A stretch of DNA of 64,000 bases, from contig JBHGNT010000011.1 in NCBI GenBank assembly GCA_043228905.1, forward strand, positions 10,602,001 to 10,666,000, read 5' to 3'. The position numbers and the translations under genes were made by a program. Within the stretch, counting starts at the first letter, position 1; every line of letters begins with the position of its first letter. Below the pieces are notes generated by a model. It searched no databases and had not been told where the DNA came from. It worked only from the letters and a program-made list of their open reading frames with translations. The stretch comes from Azolla caroliniana. Its lineage: Eukaryota; Plantae; Polypodiophyta. This document shows positions 23,688 to 34,765 of this stretch, one piece after another.

Positions 23688-24851
23688 ATGGCTGCCATTA
23701 ACTCAGAAGAATATCTCACCCTTGTTGCAGAAATGGAGAACCTTAAATCCAAGTTCGCATCTCTTGAAGTAGAGAATCAACGTCTACTTGGGGATCTACA
23801 AAAGGTTACTATAGAGAAGCAACAACAACAAGAGGAGTTCACGCGACGAGTGCAACAGTTAGAGTCGACAATCGTCGTGTTACAACAACAAAGGGTTGAA
23901 GGTCAGGGACTTATCAAGGAGCCCAAAATTAGCCTCCTAGCTAAATTTGATGGGTCGAGGGCGCATTTCCGAGGTTTTTTGAATCAAGTACGGATGGTGA
24001 TTCAAATGCATCCCACACGTTATCCAACAGATGCATCACGAGTCGGGCTAGTGGGCACTTTATTGACTGGCATAACATTGTCGTGGTTTGCTCCATTGCT
24101 AGAGACCAATTCTCCTCTACTGAATAATTTCGAGGAATTTATCAAGGAATTTAAGGCTTGTTTCGGAGATACTGATGGGGCGAGAACAACTATCAACAAG
24201 ATTCGTACACTTCGTCAAGGTGATCATCCAGCTTCAACATATGCTGCCAATTTCCGTCTCATTGCAAGCGATATTCCTTAGGATGAACAAGCCCTAATGG
24301 AGCAATTCCGTTCAGGCCTTCGTAGTGATGTCAAAGACTTACTTCTTACCTTCCCCGAGGATCCAAGGTCACTTACAGAAGCTATTAGTCGAGCAATACG
24401 GTGTGATAATCGCCTTTTTGAGCGTCGATGTGAGCGACAACAACAAATAACAAGATCTAGATTCACACCAACTTATGCATCAGTAACGGCGCAATCATCC
24501 CCAAGGCAAATGTATAGCCCTACTCCAACTCCAAGGCAAACACGTAGTCCAGTCCCAATGGATAGTCCTACACCCATGGAGATCGATATGACTCAACGAC
24601 GAGGACCGTTGTCAGACGAAGAGAAGCAACGTCGTCGAGCAAACCATCTGTGCTTATATTGTGGAGGTCCAGGACATATAGCCATTCATTGCTCTCGTAG
24701 GCCGAGATGTCAGGTAAATCAAATTCACTATGACAATAAAAATGAGTCCAACATTTTAGAAGTAGTTAGTGAATCTAATATTATGAATAATCCACCCTTG
24801 TCCAATAAATTTGAAGTCCTAAGCCAATTAGAAGAGGAGTCAAACGAATAA
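23688..24851 (+). pseudogene. gag of chromovirus B with one premature stop
   Basis: MAAINSEE...DIP*DEQALMEQF, with TGG->TAG at 24279-24281. CLYCGGPGHIAIHC zinc knuckle. Confidence 0.9.
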
Positions 24852-24877
24852 GTTCGGCCAAAATAGGAGCCATTTGG

Positions 24878-27800
24878 TTGGACAACCCTAGATATGTACA
24901 ACCTAGTGTGGGTTCCATTTCTTCCAAGCATGTTAGTAGAGTCTTCTCAGCCCTAGTACAAGTTAGGACACCCAGTTGTCAACTTCAAGTCCAAGCCCTC
25001 TTAAATACTGGAGCCAATTCTTGTTTCATGGATAGAGATTTTGCCCAAAAACACCAAATATCCTTGCATACACTTCCTTGTCCAGTTTCCGTAGTAGTGA
25101 TTGATGGACGCCCCATAGCTTGCGGGAAGATATTTGAAGAGTCTGAGCCAATACACATACTCTTAGGTGATTTAGGATGTGTAGTTTCCTTTAACATAAT
25201 CCGTAGTCCTGAGCATCCAATTGTCCTCGGTTTGCCATGGTTCGAGCTACATAACCCTAGAATCGATTGGAGGAAGCGAGAAATTAGGTGCCCTTTAGCA
25301 GAAAATATCATTGTCAAGGATCGAACTCGGGATTATCCTCCCAAAGTATATAGTTCTACCGATGCACCATATCCTTCTCATAAAATTTCAGCCATCACAT
25401 TGCAACAATTGCACCAAGTGGGAGGCAAGGAGGACCTTTTCTTATTTGCAGTATCAGTGACACCTTCTAGTGTCACTCAAGGGAATTTAGACATCCAAAT
25501 TCCCAAAAAATATCAAGACTATGCTAATGTTTTCGACAAAGTCAAAGCTAGTGTTCTTCCAAAGCATCGGCCGTACGACTGTCCTATTGATCTCCAACCA
25601 GGAAAAGAGCCTCCGTGGGGTCCGATTTACAATTTATCACCCACTGAGCTTGAGGTTCTTCGAGAATACATCGAGGAAAATCTTGCACATGGGTTTATTC
25701 GACATTCAAAGTCTCCAGCTGGTGCTCCTATCTTTTTTGTGAAGAAAAAGGACGGCTCCCTTCGTTTGGTCGTGGACTATCGAGGCTTAAATAAAGTCAC
25801 CATAAGGAATAGGTATGCTTTACCTTTAATCTCCAATCTCTTAGAACGCATTGGTGGGGCAAAGCATTTTACCAAAATTGATCTAAGGGGTGCATATAAT
25901 CTTGTTCGAATTCGGCCAGGAGATGAGTGGAAAACAACATTTCGTACTCGGTATGGTCATTTCGAGTATACAGTCATGCCTTTTGGGCTCACAAATGCAC
26001 CTGCCGTATTCCAACATATGGCAAATGACATCTTCCGGGATTTCTTGGATATTTTTCTAATCATCTACCTAGATGATCTATTGATTTACTCTAAAACACA
26101 GGGGGAGCATGATATACATGTGCGGCAAGTACTTGAACGCCTAAGGAAGTATGGTCTTTACGCCAAACTTGAGAAATGCAGTTTTGATTGCAAACAAGTC
26201 GAATTTTTGGGATACACTATTTCATCCCAGGGTGTTTTCATGGACCCGGCAAAAGTCCAAACAATATTGGAATGGAAACCCCCATGCTCAGTTCAGGATG
26301 TCCAGTGTTTCCTCGGATTTGCGAACTTCTATCGCAAATTCATACATAATTATTCAAGCATTGTGTTGCCCCTTACTCGACTCACCAAGAAAAATCAAGC
26401 ATTTTTTTGGAGTATCGAAGCGGACAAGGCTTTTACGCGGCTGAAAGAGGCATTCACATCAGCACCCATCCTAGCACATATTGATCCTGAAAAGCCATTT
26501 ACTATTGAGGCGGATGCATCAGACTTTGCATTGGGGAGTATCCTATCGCAACCAGGCGGGGAAGGGCAGATACATCCAGTCGCGTTTCACTCGAGAAAGT
26601 TTACTGTTTTGGAGATAAACTATGAGGTGCATGACAAGGAGTTACTAGCTGTGGTCGACTCATTCGAGCAATGGTGTCATTTTCTAGAAGGACCACCTCA
26701 TCAGATTATCATTTATAGTGATCACAAAAATCTCACATATTTTCAAACAACTCGAGTATTAAATAGACGACAAGCTCGGTGGGCCCAATTTCTAACGCGT
26801 TTCGATTTCAAGATCATTTTTCGCCCCGGAAAACAACAAGGGAAAGCAGATGCTCTGTCTCGGCATTCGTATCTAGCACTTCGACCTGGAGATCCGGCCT
26901 TTGACAATCAAAAGCAAACTCTCCTCGGGCCATCAAAGCTACAGGTAACAACAATTTATGCCACACCACTTGATTCTACCCTTCTTGACACTATTCGGCA
27001 ACAACTTCATTCGGATGATTTTGCTAAGGATGTCTTAGCCCACTGTGGTTCAAGTCGTCCATCTTGCTCCACATTGCCAGGGTCATCTCAACATTATCAA
27101 GACTTCAAGTGGCAAGATGGTTTACTCTTCTACAAGAATCTCCTTTACGTCCCCGACGGATCACCCCGACTTCAAGTGTTGGAACATTGTCATGATGCCC
27201 CCATGGCTGGACATTTTGGTATTTCCAAGACCATTGAGCTGGTGAAACGTTTGTTTTGGTGGCCTCACTTGCAAAAATTTGTCGAAGATTATGTTCGCAC
27301 TTGTGACACCTGCTGTCGCGCCAAAATACCCCGGCATCACCCTTATGGCTTACTACAACCATTACCCCCTCCCAACAAGCCATGGCAGTCTATTTCTATG
27401 GATTTCATTACGGATCTGCCACCTTCCAAAGGCTTTGATACTATTTTAACAGTAGTGGATCGGTTCATCAAGATGGCACATTTTGTACCATGTGTAACGA
27501 CCATCAATAGTGAAGAAACTGCAGATCTCATTATGCGTGAAGTGTTTCGCCATCATGGTCTCCCGAATGATATTATTAGCGATCGAGGTCCTCAATTTAT
27601 CTCACACTTTTGGAAGCACCTATGGGCAGGCCTCAAAATCTCTTGCAAACTCTCTTCGGCTTATCATCCACAAACTGACGGACAAACAGAGCGCACAAAT
27701 CAAACACTCGAGCAATATCTTCGATGTTTCATTAGTTATCAACAAGATGATTGGAGTAAAATTTTACATCTTGCCGAGTTTGCATACAACAACACGGTCC

Positions 27801-28508
27801 ACTCTTCTACCAAAGTTACACCTTTCTTTGCCTACACCGGCAACCACCCTCGATGGTGTATACTGGATCTTCCCGAGGTGTCACGAAACCCTAGTGCGGC
27901 GCATCACCTCCACCGACTACAACAAATCCAGTTCGAGTTATCGTCACATCTTCAGAAAGCGCAAGCACACCATAAGACCAATGCCGATCGACATCGTCTT
28001 AAGTCTCCGTTTAAGGTTGGTGACCGTGTATGGTTGCTTCGTCGTCACATCAAGACTACCCGACCGTGTGCTAAAGCTTGACTATCAACGCTTAGGTCCT
28101 TTTGTCATCACGACGCAGATTAATGATGCAACATTTCGTCTTAACCTTCCTGCACATATGCGACTTCACCCTGTCTTTCATAGCTCTCTTTTGGAACCTT
28201 GCCGCACCTCTTTAATTCCTAATCGTGTCGTGCCACCACCGCCTTCTGTACAACTTGTGGACGGCCCCGAATACGAGGTAGCTGCTATTCTCGATTCTAA
28301 GATTGTGCGCAATAAGCTTTATTATCTAGTTGATTGGCTTGGTTATCCTCCGAGTGATCGCACTTGGGAACCCATCGATAACATTTGTAATGCTGAAGCT
28401 CTGGTCAACGACTTCCATCGTCACTATCCAAACAAGCCCGGCCCAACAATGTTAACGCCGACTTCCACTCGGAGTTCTCGAAGGAGGGATAGTGTCATGA
28501 ACACATGA
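24878..28508 (+). CDS. pol of chromovirus B (protease, RT, RNase H, integrase, chromodomain); -1 frame relative to gag, one +1 indel near 28075
   Basis: 1067-aa ORF with LLNTGA, YLDD, ADASDFALG, HDKELLA, HHCC, DFITDLP, SDRGPQF and GQTERTNQ. It continues in another frame as KLDYQRLGPF...EYEVAAILDSK...YLVDWLGYPPSDRTWEP (chromodomain). Confidence 0.92.
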
Positions 28509-28611
28509 CCATTATGGCGTCACTCGGACTTGAACCTCGAACCTTGTAATTCATACTTGAAAACCTCAACCATTAAGATAGCTTATTGTTATACGAAACA
28601 ATAAAAGCTAC

Positions 28612-31100
28612 TTCTTGTATTACATTGATTATTGTAAAAACTCTAGATTATTCTATAATGTTCTAGAATGTCCTAGAGCATTCTAGGTCTAGAACATTCT
28701 AGAACATTCTAGAAATCTCTAAGCTATTCTATAGGAACCTATAAATAAGCACATACATGTATTCTCAAATCAATTCGAATCAACACCAGTCTTTAGCTCT
28801 CATTACATATCTTGTATCCATTCTCTTTCTTTCTCTATCTTAAACATACATTCTTCTCTATCCTTCTTCCATCACTCTATCTTTTATCCTTGGTTCTGAC
28901 AGTTGCTTCCGGAAATATCATAGAAGAGTTAGAGCCCGTTAATATTGTCCTAGATAATCTAGCATGTGTAGTATCATTTAATATAATTAGCATCCCAGAA
29001 CACCCCATTGTTTTAGGATTACCATGGTTCGAATTACATAACCTAGACATAGATTGGAGAACAAGAGAAGTCCGATATCGAAAAGCCCGAGGGTCTACTC
29101 ATGAGATTGCAACCATTTCGCTACATCAGTTGCGGGAAGGACGCAAGGAAGAAACGTTTCTCTTCGCAATAACAGTGAAGTCCTTAGACACCATTAAAGA
29201 GAACTCCACCGTTCAACTTTCAAAGAAGTATCATCATTATGCCGATGTGTTTGATAAAGTACAAGCCAATACGCTTCCTCACCATCGACCGTATGATTGC
29301 CCCATCTATTTACAACCGGGGAAAGAGCCACCATGGGGACCGATCTAGAATTTGTCACCAACCGAGCTAGAAGTCCTACGAGCCTATATAGAGGAGAATT
29401 TGGAAAATGGTTTCATTCGGCATTCGAAATCTCCAGCCGGTGCACCCATTTTCTTCGTCAAGAAAAAGGATGGATCACTTCGTCGCGTTGTAGATTACCG
29501 TGGCTTGAATAAGGTTACAATTAGAAATAGGTATGCACTTCCCCTTATCTCAAGTATTTTAGAACGGATCAATGGTGCAAGGTTCTTCACGAAGATCGAC
29601 TTATGGGGAGCCTATAACCTCGTAGGGATCCGACCAGGAGATGAATGGAAGACCGCATTTCGCACCAGATATGGGCACTTCGAGTATACGGTCATGCCGT
29701 TCGGCCTCACTAATGCGCCAACAGTCTTCCAACACATGGCAAATGATATATTCTAAGATCTCTTGGATGTTTGTTTGATCATCTATTTGGATGATCTACT
29801 GGTTTATTCGAAGACCCAAGAAGAGCATGATTCTCATGTTCTGTTAGTACTAAAACAACTTCGAGAACATGGTCTTTATGCAAAGCTGGAAAAATGTAGT
29901 TTTGGGAGCAACCAGGGGGAATTTCTAGGCTATGTCATTTCCTCGGAAGGCATCTCCATGGACCTAGCTAAGGTCAAAACTGTGGTAGAGTGGCAGACTC
30001 CGCGTTCGGTGCGAGATGTGCAATGCTTTTTAGGCTTTGCCAATTTTTACCGGAAGTTCATACAGGATTGCTCAAAGATCGTTCTACCTCTCACACAACT
30101 TACCAAGAAGGGACAATTGTTCGTTTGGTCTGAGGAAGCAGACATGGCTTTTGAGAGTCTTTAAAAGGCATTTACATCACCTCCAATTCTAGCTCATGTC
30201 GATCCGGAAAAACCATTCATTATCGAAGCAGACGCATCGGATTTCGCATTTGGGAGCATTCTGTCACAACGGGGTAATTATGAGAAGCTACACCTTGTGG
30301 CTTTTCACTCACGCAAGTTTGACGCTGCCGAAATCAACTACGAAATTCATGATAAGGAGCTATTGGCAATAGTGGACTCTTTTACGCAATGGAGGCATTT
30401 TTTAGAGGGATTCTCTCATCAAGTCACCGTATTCAGTGACCACAAAAACCTTGCCTACTTTCAGGACGCTCATGTGTTAAATTGACGTCAAGCTCGGTGG
30501 GCCCACTTCTTCACGCGTTTCGACTTCAAAATTACATATTGTCCGGGGTAGCACCAAGGGAAGGCAGATGCATTATCACGGCGTTCATACCTAGCACCGC
30601 ATCCCGACGAGCCAGCTTTTGAAAACCAAAAGCAAGTAATCTTGGGACCGACACGATTGCAAGCAACACATGTCTTTGGCATGCCCATGGATTCCCACGT
30701 TATCGATACTATACGTGAGGACTTGAAGACCGATGGTTTCGCCCAAGCCATTCTAGCACAAATTGATCCCTCTCGAGCATGTTGTTCACAATCGCAACCA
30801 CCAGGTACGAACTATCGGCAATTCAAATACCATGATGGATTACTATTCTTTAATGAACTCTTGTATGTTCCTAATGGTTCTTGCCACCTTCGAGTAGTCC
30901 AAAACTGTCATGAAACATATACAGCTGGGCATTTTGGTAGTACTAAAACATTAGATTTAGTACAACAATAATTTTGGTGGCCCCTTATACGAAAATTTGT
31001 TGAAGATTTTGTTCGGACTTATGATACATGCTGTAGAGCGAAAATGCCAAGACATCATCCATATGGTTTATTAGAACTGTAAAGAATCGTGTATGATTCT
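28612..31100 (+). repeat. Copy 1 of a 2489-bp direct duplication (3' part of B LTR, pol of A, first 23 bp of D LTR)
   Basis: Matches 34766-37254 at offset 6154 and gives an identical ORF series. One substitution was noticed (NQGEF vs NQVEF). Confidence 0.95.
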
Positions 31101-32377
31101 CGAATCGGCGATCGCCGCCTCACCGTCCCCGACCTCGTCCTCGGTCGATCTTTCTCCGCATGTCGAGAGGGTGGCTCGCTCCACACCCTCTCCCGTGGTA
31201 CCGATGTACCATTCTCTTTCGGCCTCCTCATCCTCCGATCGCCTCCGGCCTGACTCCATAATAAGCCCTTCTTCGGCTTCGATTTTCCCCTTCACAAGCT
31301 CGCATGCCTCCCGTATTAGCGCTTCTAGGTCGAGCTCCTCCGAACTGTTTTGCGTTGAGCTCTCTTCCGGCGGTAGTGCGTACTCACTCACCGCTCTCTC
31401 TTCTCCGCCGTTCGCAGGCCATGTTGTTGCCGACCGCTCCCCATTGGGTTGCCCGCATACCCACTCCGGTTTCACGTATCCGTACACTTCCAATAGAGCT
31501 CCCTCAAAGGACTCCCATGACTCGTGAGCTTCTCGTAGCTCCTTGACGTCCTTGTGCACCGATACGGCCGCCACTCGCGGAAAATACTCTAGTCGCATCG
31601 CCTCGTCCACGCCCCCTTTCGCCATCTCAACCTTGTAGGCTCCCAAAATTTTAGGACCTCATTCCCATTGAACCGGCCGACTTGATCGACCACCCTTTCG
31701 ACGACTTGTTGAGCCGCATCTCGCTTCGCCATCTTCCGTCCGGCTTCCATCACAATATTTGCCATCATCTCCTCGAAGTCAAAGTCTTCTTCCATCTCCA
31801 TGCTCCCTTGCCGCCCTTCACGTCGGGTTCACCAAATATGTCGCGTTGTTACGCGCGTGCGTTGAGAAGGGCGGGACCACGGGGGTCTTGGACTAGGGAG
31901 TGGAGGAGAAGATTAGCTCAAGAGGAGAAGAGAACGAATATGACATTATGATAGGAGAAGAAGATGCAATCAAGATACTCAACAAGAAGTTCTATTAAGA
32001 AATGAATGATTACAACAAATGGTGGCCGCCATGGCCGCACCAAACGACTATATGAAAAACCCTAAAGGAAAACCCAAGAAGAAAACCCTAACCAAAACCC
32101 TAACCCTAAAACGAAATGGGAAGAAGGAGAACCCTCGACTAAGTGGTATACCTTACTCACGCAAAATAGGCAACCCCTTCACAAAGGGCGTTCCCTTCCT
32201 TTGTGGGATAAACCCCGACTTACATGGGACCGTCTGTCCCGACTTGACTACTCTTCGGCGCCATAAAGGCGCCCTCGTTATTCACATTAAATGTACATGG
32301 GTGCGTACACACGATGCACCCCGCCGATGTAGCCAATGTTTCCCGGTTTCCGCTTGTGGACGAAAATCTTCACGACA
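31101..32377 (-). mobile_element. 5' part of a tRNA-Trp-primed LTR element, probably Ty3/gypsy (LTR + PBS + gag-like ORF)
   Basis: LTR 31839-32377 (TGTCGCG...CACGACA). PBS at 31817-31834 is TTCACGTCGGGTTCACCA on +, matching the 3' end of plant tRNA-Trp as recalled. The gag-like ORF starts at 31801 (QVGRFNGNEVLKF|GAYKVEM...WESFEGALL). Truncated at 31101. Confidence 0.75.
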
Positions 32378-32626
32378 ACGGTTTCGACAAATTGTCGAAA
32401 GCCTCATCTATTTGATGATTACTCGGCCGGATCTTAGCTATCCGATCGGCTTAATCAGTCAATTTATGTTGCAGCCTATGGCTGAACACTTTCAGTGCGC
32501 GCAAAGGATATTGCGATATGTAAGCGGCACGAAAGAGATGGCGTTGCTATATTGAGCAAGCGTAGGCAAACAGCTGGTTGGCTACACAGATGCCGATTGG
32601 GCCGGAAACGCCAGTGATCGTAGATC
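32378..32626 (+). pseudogene. Copia RT/RNase H fragment
   Basis: FRQIVESLIYLMITRPDLSYPIGLISQF...GYTDADWAGNASDRRS. Confidence 0.9.
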
Positions 32627-34765
32627 TGTTGAGAAGCAAGCTCAACATGGTATGTGATGCTTATTGGGAAATAAGCTATAGTAGCTATTTAGCTACTTGT
32701 GAACATAAAGGAGAAACAACTAATTAGGTACTGACAGCTAATTAGTGTTGTCCGCCGGAATAGTAACTGACGAACAAAAGCGTAGGAGTAAGAAATTATA
32801 TAAGAGCATAACGCATGTAACGGTTCACGCAAGAAGCGTGAACGGCTAATTAGACCCTGCATATATAAAGGGCAGAAAACCTTTGATAGAGGTGCGTGTA
32901 ATTTTGGGGAATGTAAAGAAACGCCTTATAATAGAATACTATCTTCTCTGATTTTCTGTGTATAGCTACGACTAGTTCAGAGTGGGTGTCTTGATTACTT
33001 AAGCGTTGTAGTACGTAAGTGTAACCCTGAATAGGGATTCGGTTGTAGCCGTCTTCCCTTATACGCGGATAGGTTACAGGGGTTCTACCCTTACGCAATA
33101 CGCTTATACACCTGTTCGTTGTTCCACACCCACTTGAGGTCTAGGTCAAAGGACTGACCGCGGACCGTGTTCCTAAATGGCAACAATTAGCTACTGACAA
33201 CTATTTAGCGCATATGTAAGTAACTTATTACTTAGGTAAAAAGTAAGAAATATACAGGAAGTAGAACTCTGAGAGAGAGGGTGAGGATAGAGAGGAAGAA
33301 CTCAGAGAGTGAGAGTAGAAGAGAGAAACAGACGAGAGCAAATAGAGCTCTACGTGTAATGAAATAGAAGAAGTTTTGGTTGCTACAGAGGTAAGTCTCC
33401 TTCCCCCTTCCCTTCTGTGTTTGAGCACCAAACGATCCAGCACACCACGATCCAGCACACCACGATCCGCCGTGCACATAAGAAGAGCCCGAGTGCCTTC
33501 TTCACGTTTTCTTAACATGGTATCAAAGCGAGTTGTTCATAAAGAAGAGTACAGAAGTGCATAGATCTGAGAAAGGTATTTCTCTAGTTGCTGATCTGAA
33601 TCAGAAAGTTACTTGTTGAAGTAATCGTAGCAGAAATCCTAGTTTGGAAGAGATAATGGCTGCAAAGAATCCGGGGGCCAAATAGTTACAGAGAAACTAG
33701 ATAAAAACAATTTCCCAGCGTGGAAATTTAGAATGACAAATTTCCTGATGGGGAAAGGATACTGGGATTACATTGAAGGAGACCTAGAAGATTAAAGCAT
33801 TCAAAGATTGGAATCAAGGGGCAAGGAAGGTAATGCATTGGCTCTCACTTAGCATCTCAGATTCGATGCTTGGGCACATACAGGATGGTATGCTCCCAAA
33901 AGAAGCTTGGGACAGTTTGGTAAAACTATTTGCAGTAAACACAAAAGCTAGAAAGCTACAGTTGAAGACTGAGCTAAATACCTTAGAAAAAGGTAAGATG
34001 TCAATAAATGAGTATGCTTTGAAAATAAAGAGCATATTTGAATCACTTGCTTCTATCAATGTAAAGATAGAAGATGATGATAAGGTAGAAATATGCTTAA
34101 GAGGCTTAGGACCTCAATACAAAAGCTTTAAAACCTCTATGCTTACAAGGGATAGTATCCCAAGTTTTCCAAATCTGGTTTCAATGCTTGTAGTAGAAGA
34201 GAGGAATCATATGGATGATGTAAATAAAGGAAATCTTGAGAATGAGGGGCAAGCCCTATATAATAGTGCTGGAAGAGACCGAGGAAGAGGCCATGAAAGA
34301 TTTGGCTCAGCAAGAACCAACAATAATGGTTATCGAGGAAGAAACAACAACAGAGGCAGGGGGAGCAACCAAGGTAGAGGTAAGCAAACATATGAAAATG
34401 ATGATGGCTGTTGGTATTGTGGAAAACCAGGCCACACACAGGTTGAATGTTACAAGAAGCAAAATGATGAGCAAAGAGGAAAAAGACAGCAGAATAACTA
34501 TGCCCAAACTAGTGAAGATTGTGAAAAAGATGGTGCATTTGTGGTACAACATGAGATAGCAGCAGTGGCTGAAAGCTCACAGAAATGTAATGAAGAGTTT
34601 ACATGGTATGTAGACTCCGGGGCATCTAACCATATGACTGGACATGCAAACTGGTTTAAAGGGTTAAGAGAACCAGAGATTCCTGGCTATGTACAGACGG
34701 GTGATAATAGTACGCACCAAATAGACCATGTTGGCGATATGCGATTGTGGGAAGAAAAAGGAAGT
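32627..34765 (+). mobile_element. 5' part of Ty1/copia element H (LTR, PBS, gag, protease), truncated
   Basis: LTR 32627-33517 (TGTTGAGAAG...CTTAACA), PBS TGGTATCAAAGC at 33518. gag reads EKLDKNNFPAWKFRM, with CWYCGKPGHTQVEC, and protease reads WYVDSGASNHMT. It is cut at 34765 where the duplicated block resumes. Confidence 0.9.
32746..33185. mobile_element. Solo LTR inside the LTR of element H
   Basis: TGTTG...CAACA termini flanked by a perfect 5-bp TSD ATTAG (32741-32745 and 33186-33190). Confidence 0.85.

Larger units (their letters stand above)
23211..28901 (+). mobile_element. Near-intact Ty3/gypsy chromovirus B inserted in the protease region of A
   Basis: 409-bp LTRs at 23211-23619 and 28493-28901 (3 differences seen), TSD attgc/gttgc, and PPT gaaggagggatag before the 3' LTR. 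Domain order is gag, PR-RT-RH-IN-chromodomain. Confidence 0.97.

Noticed and set aside
28812-29348. ORF with a hydrophobic signal-like N-terminus fused to protease/RT (also 34966-35502), possible env-like or domesticated gene
   Set aside because: The N-terminus is the CT-rich U5 of B's LTR read in frame with A's interrupted pol, so it is an insertion artefact.
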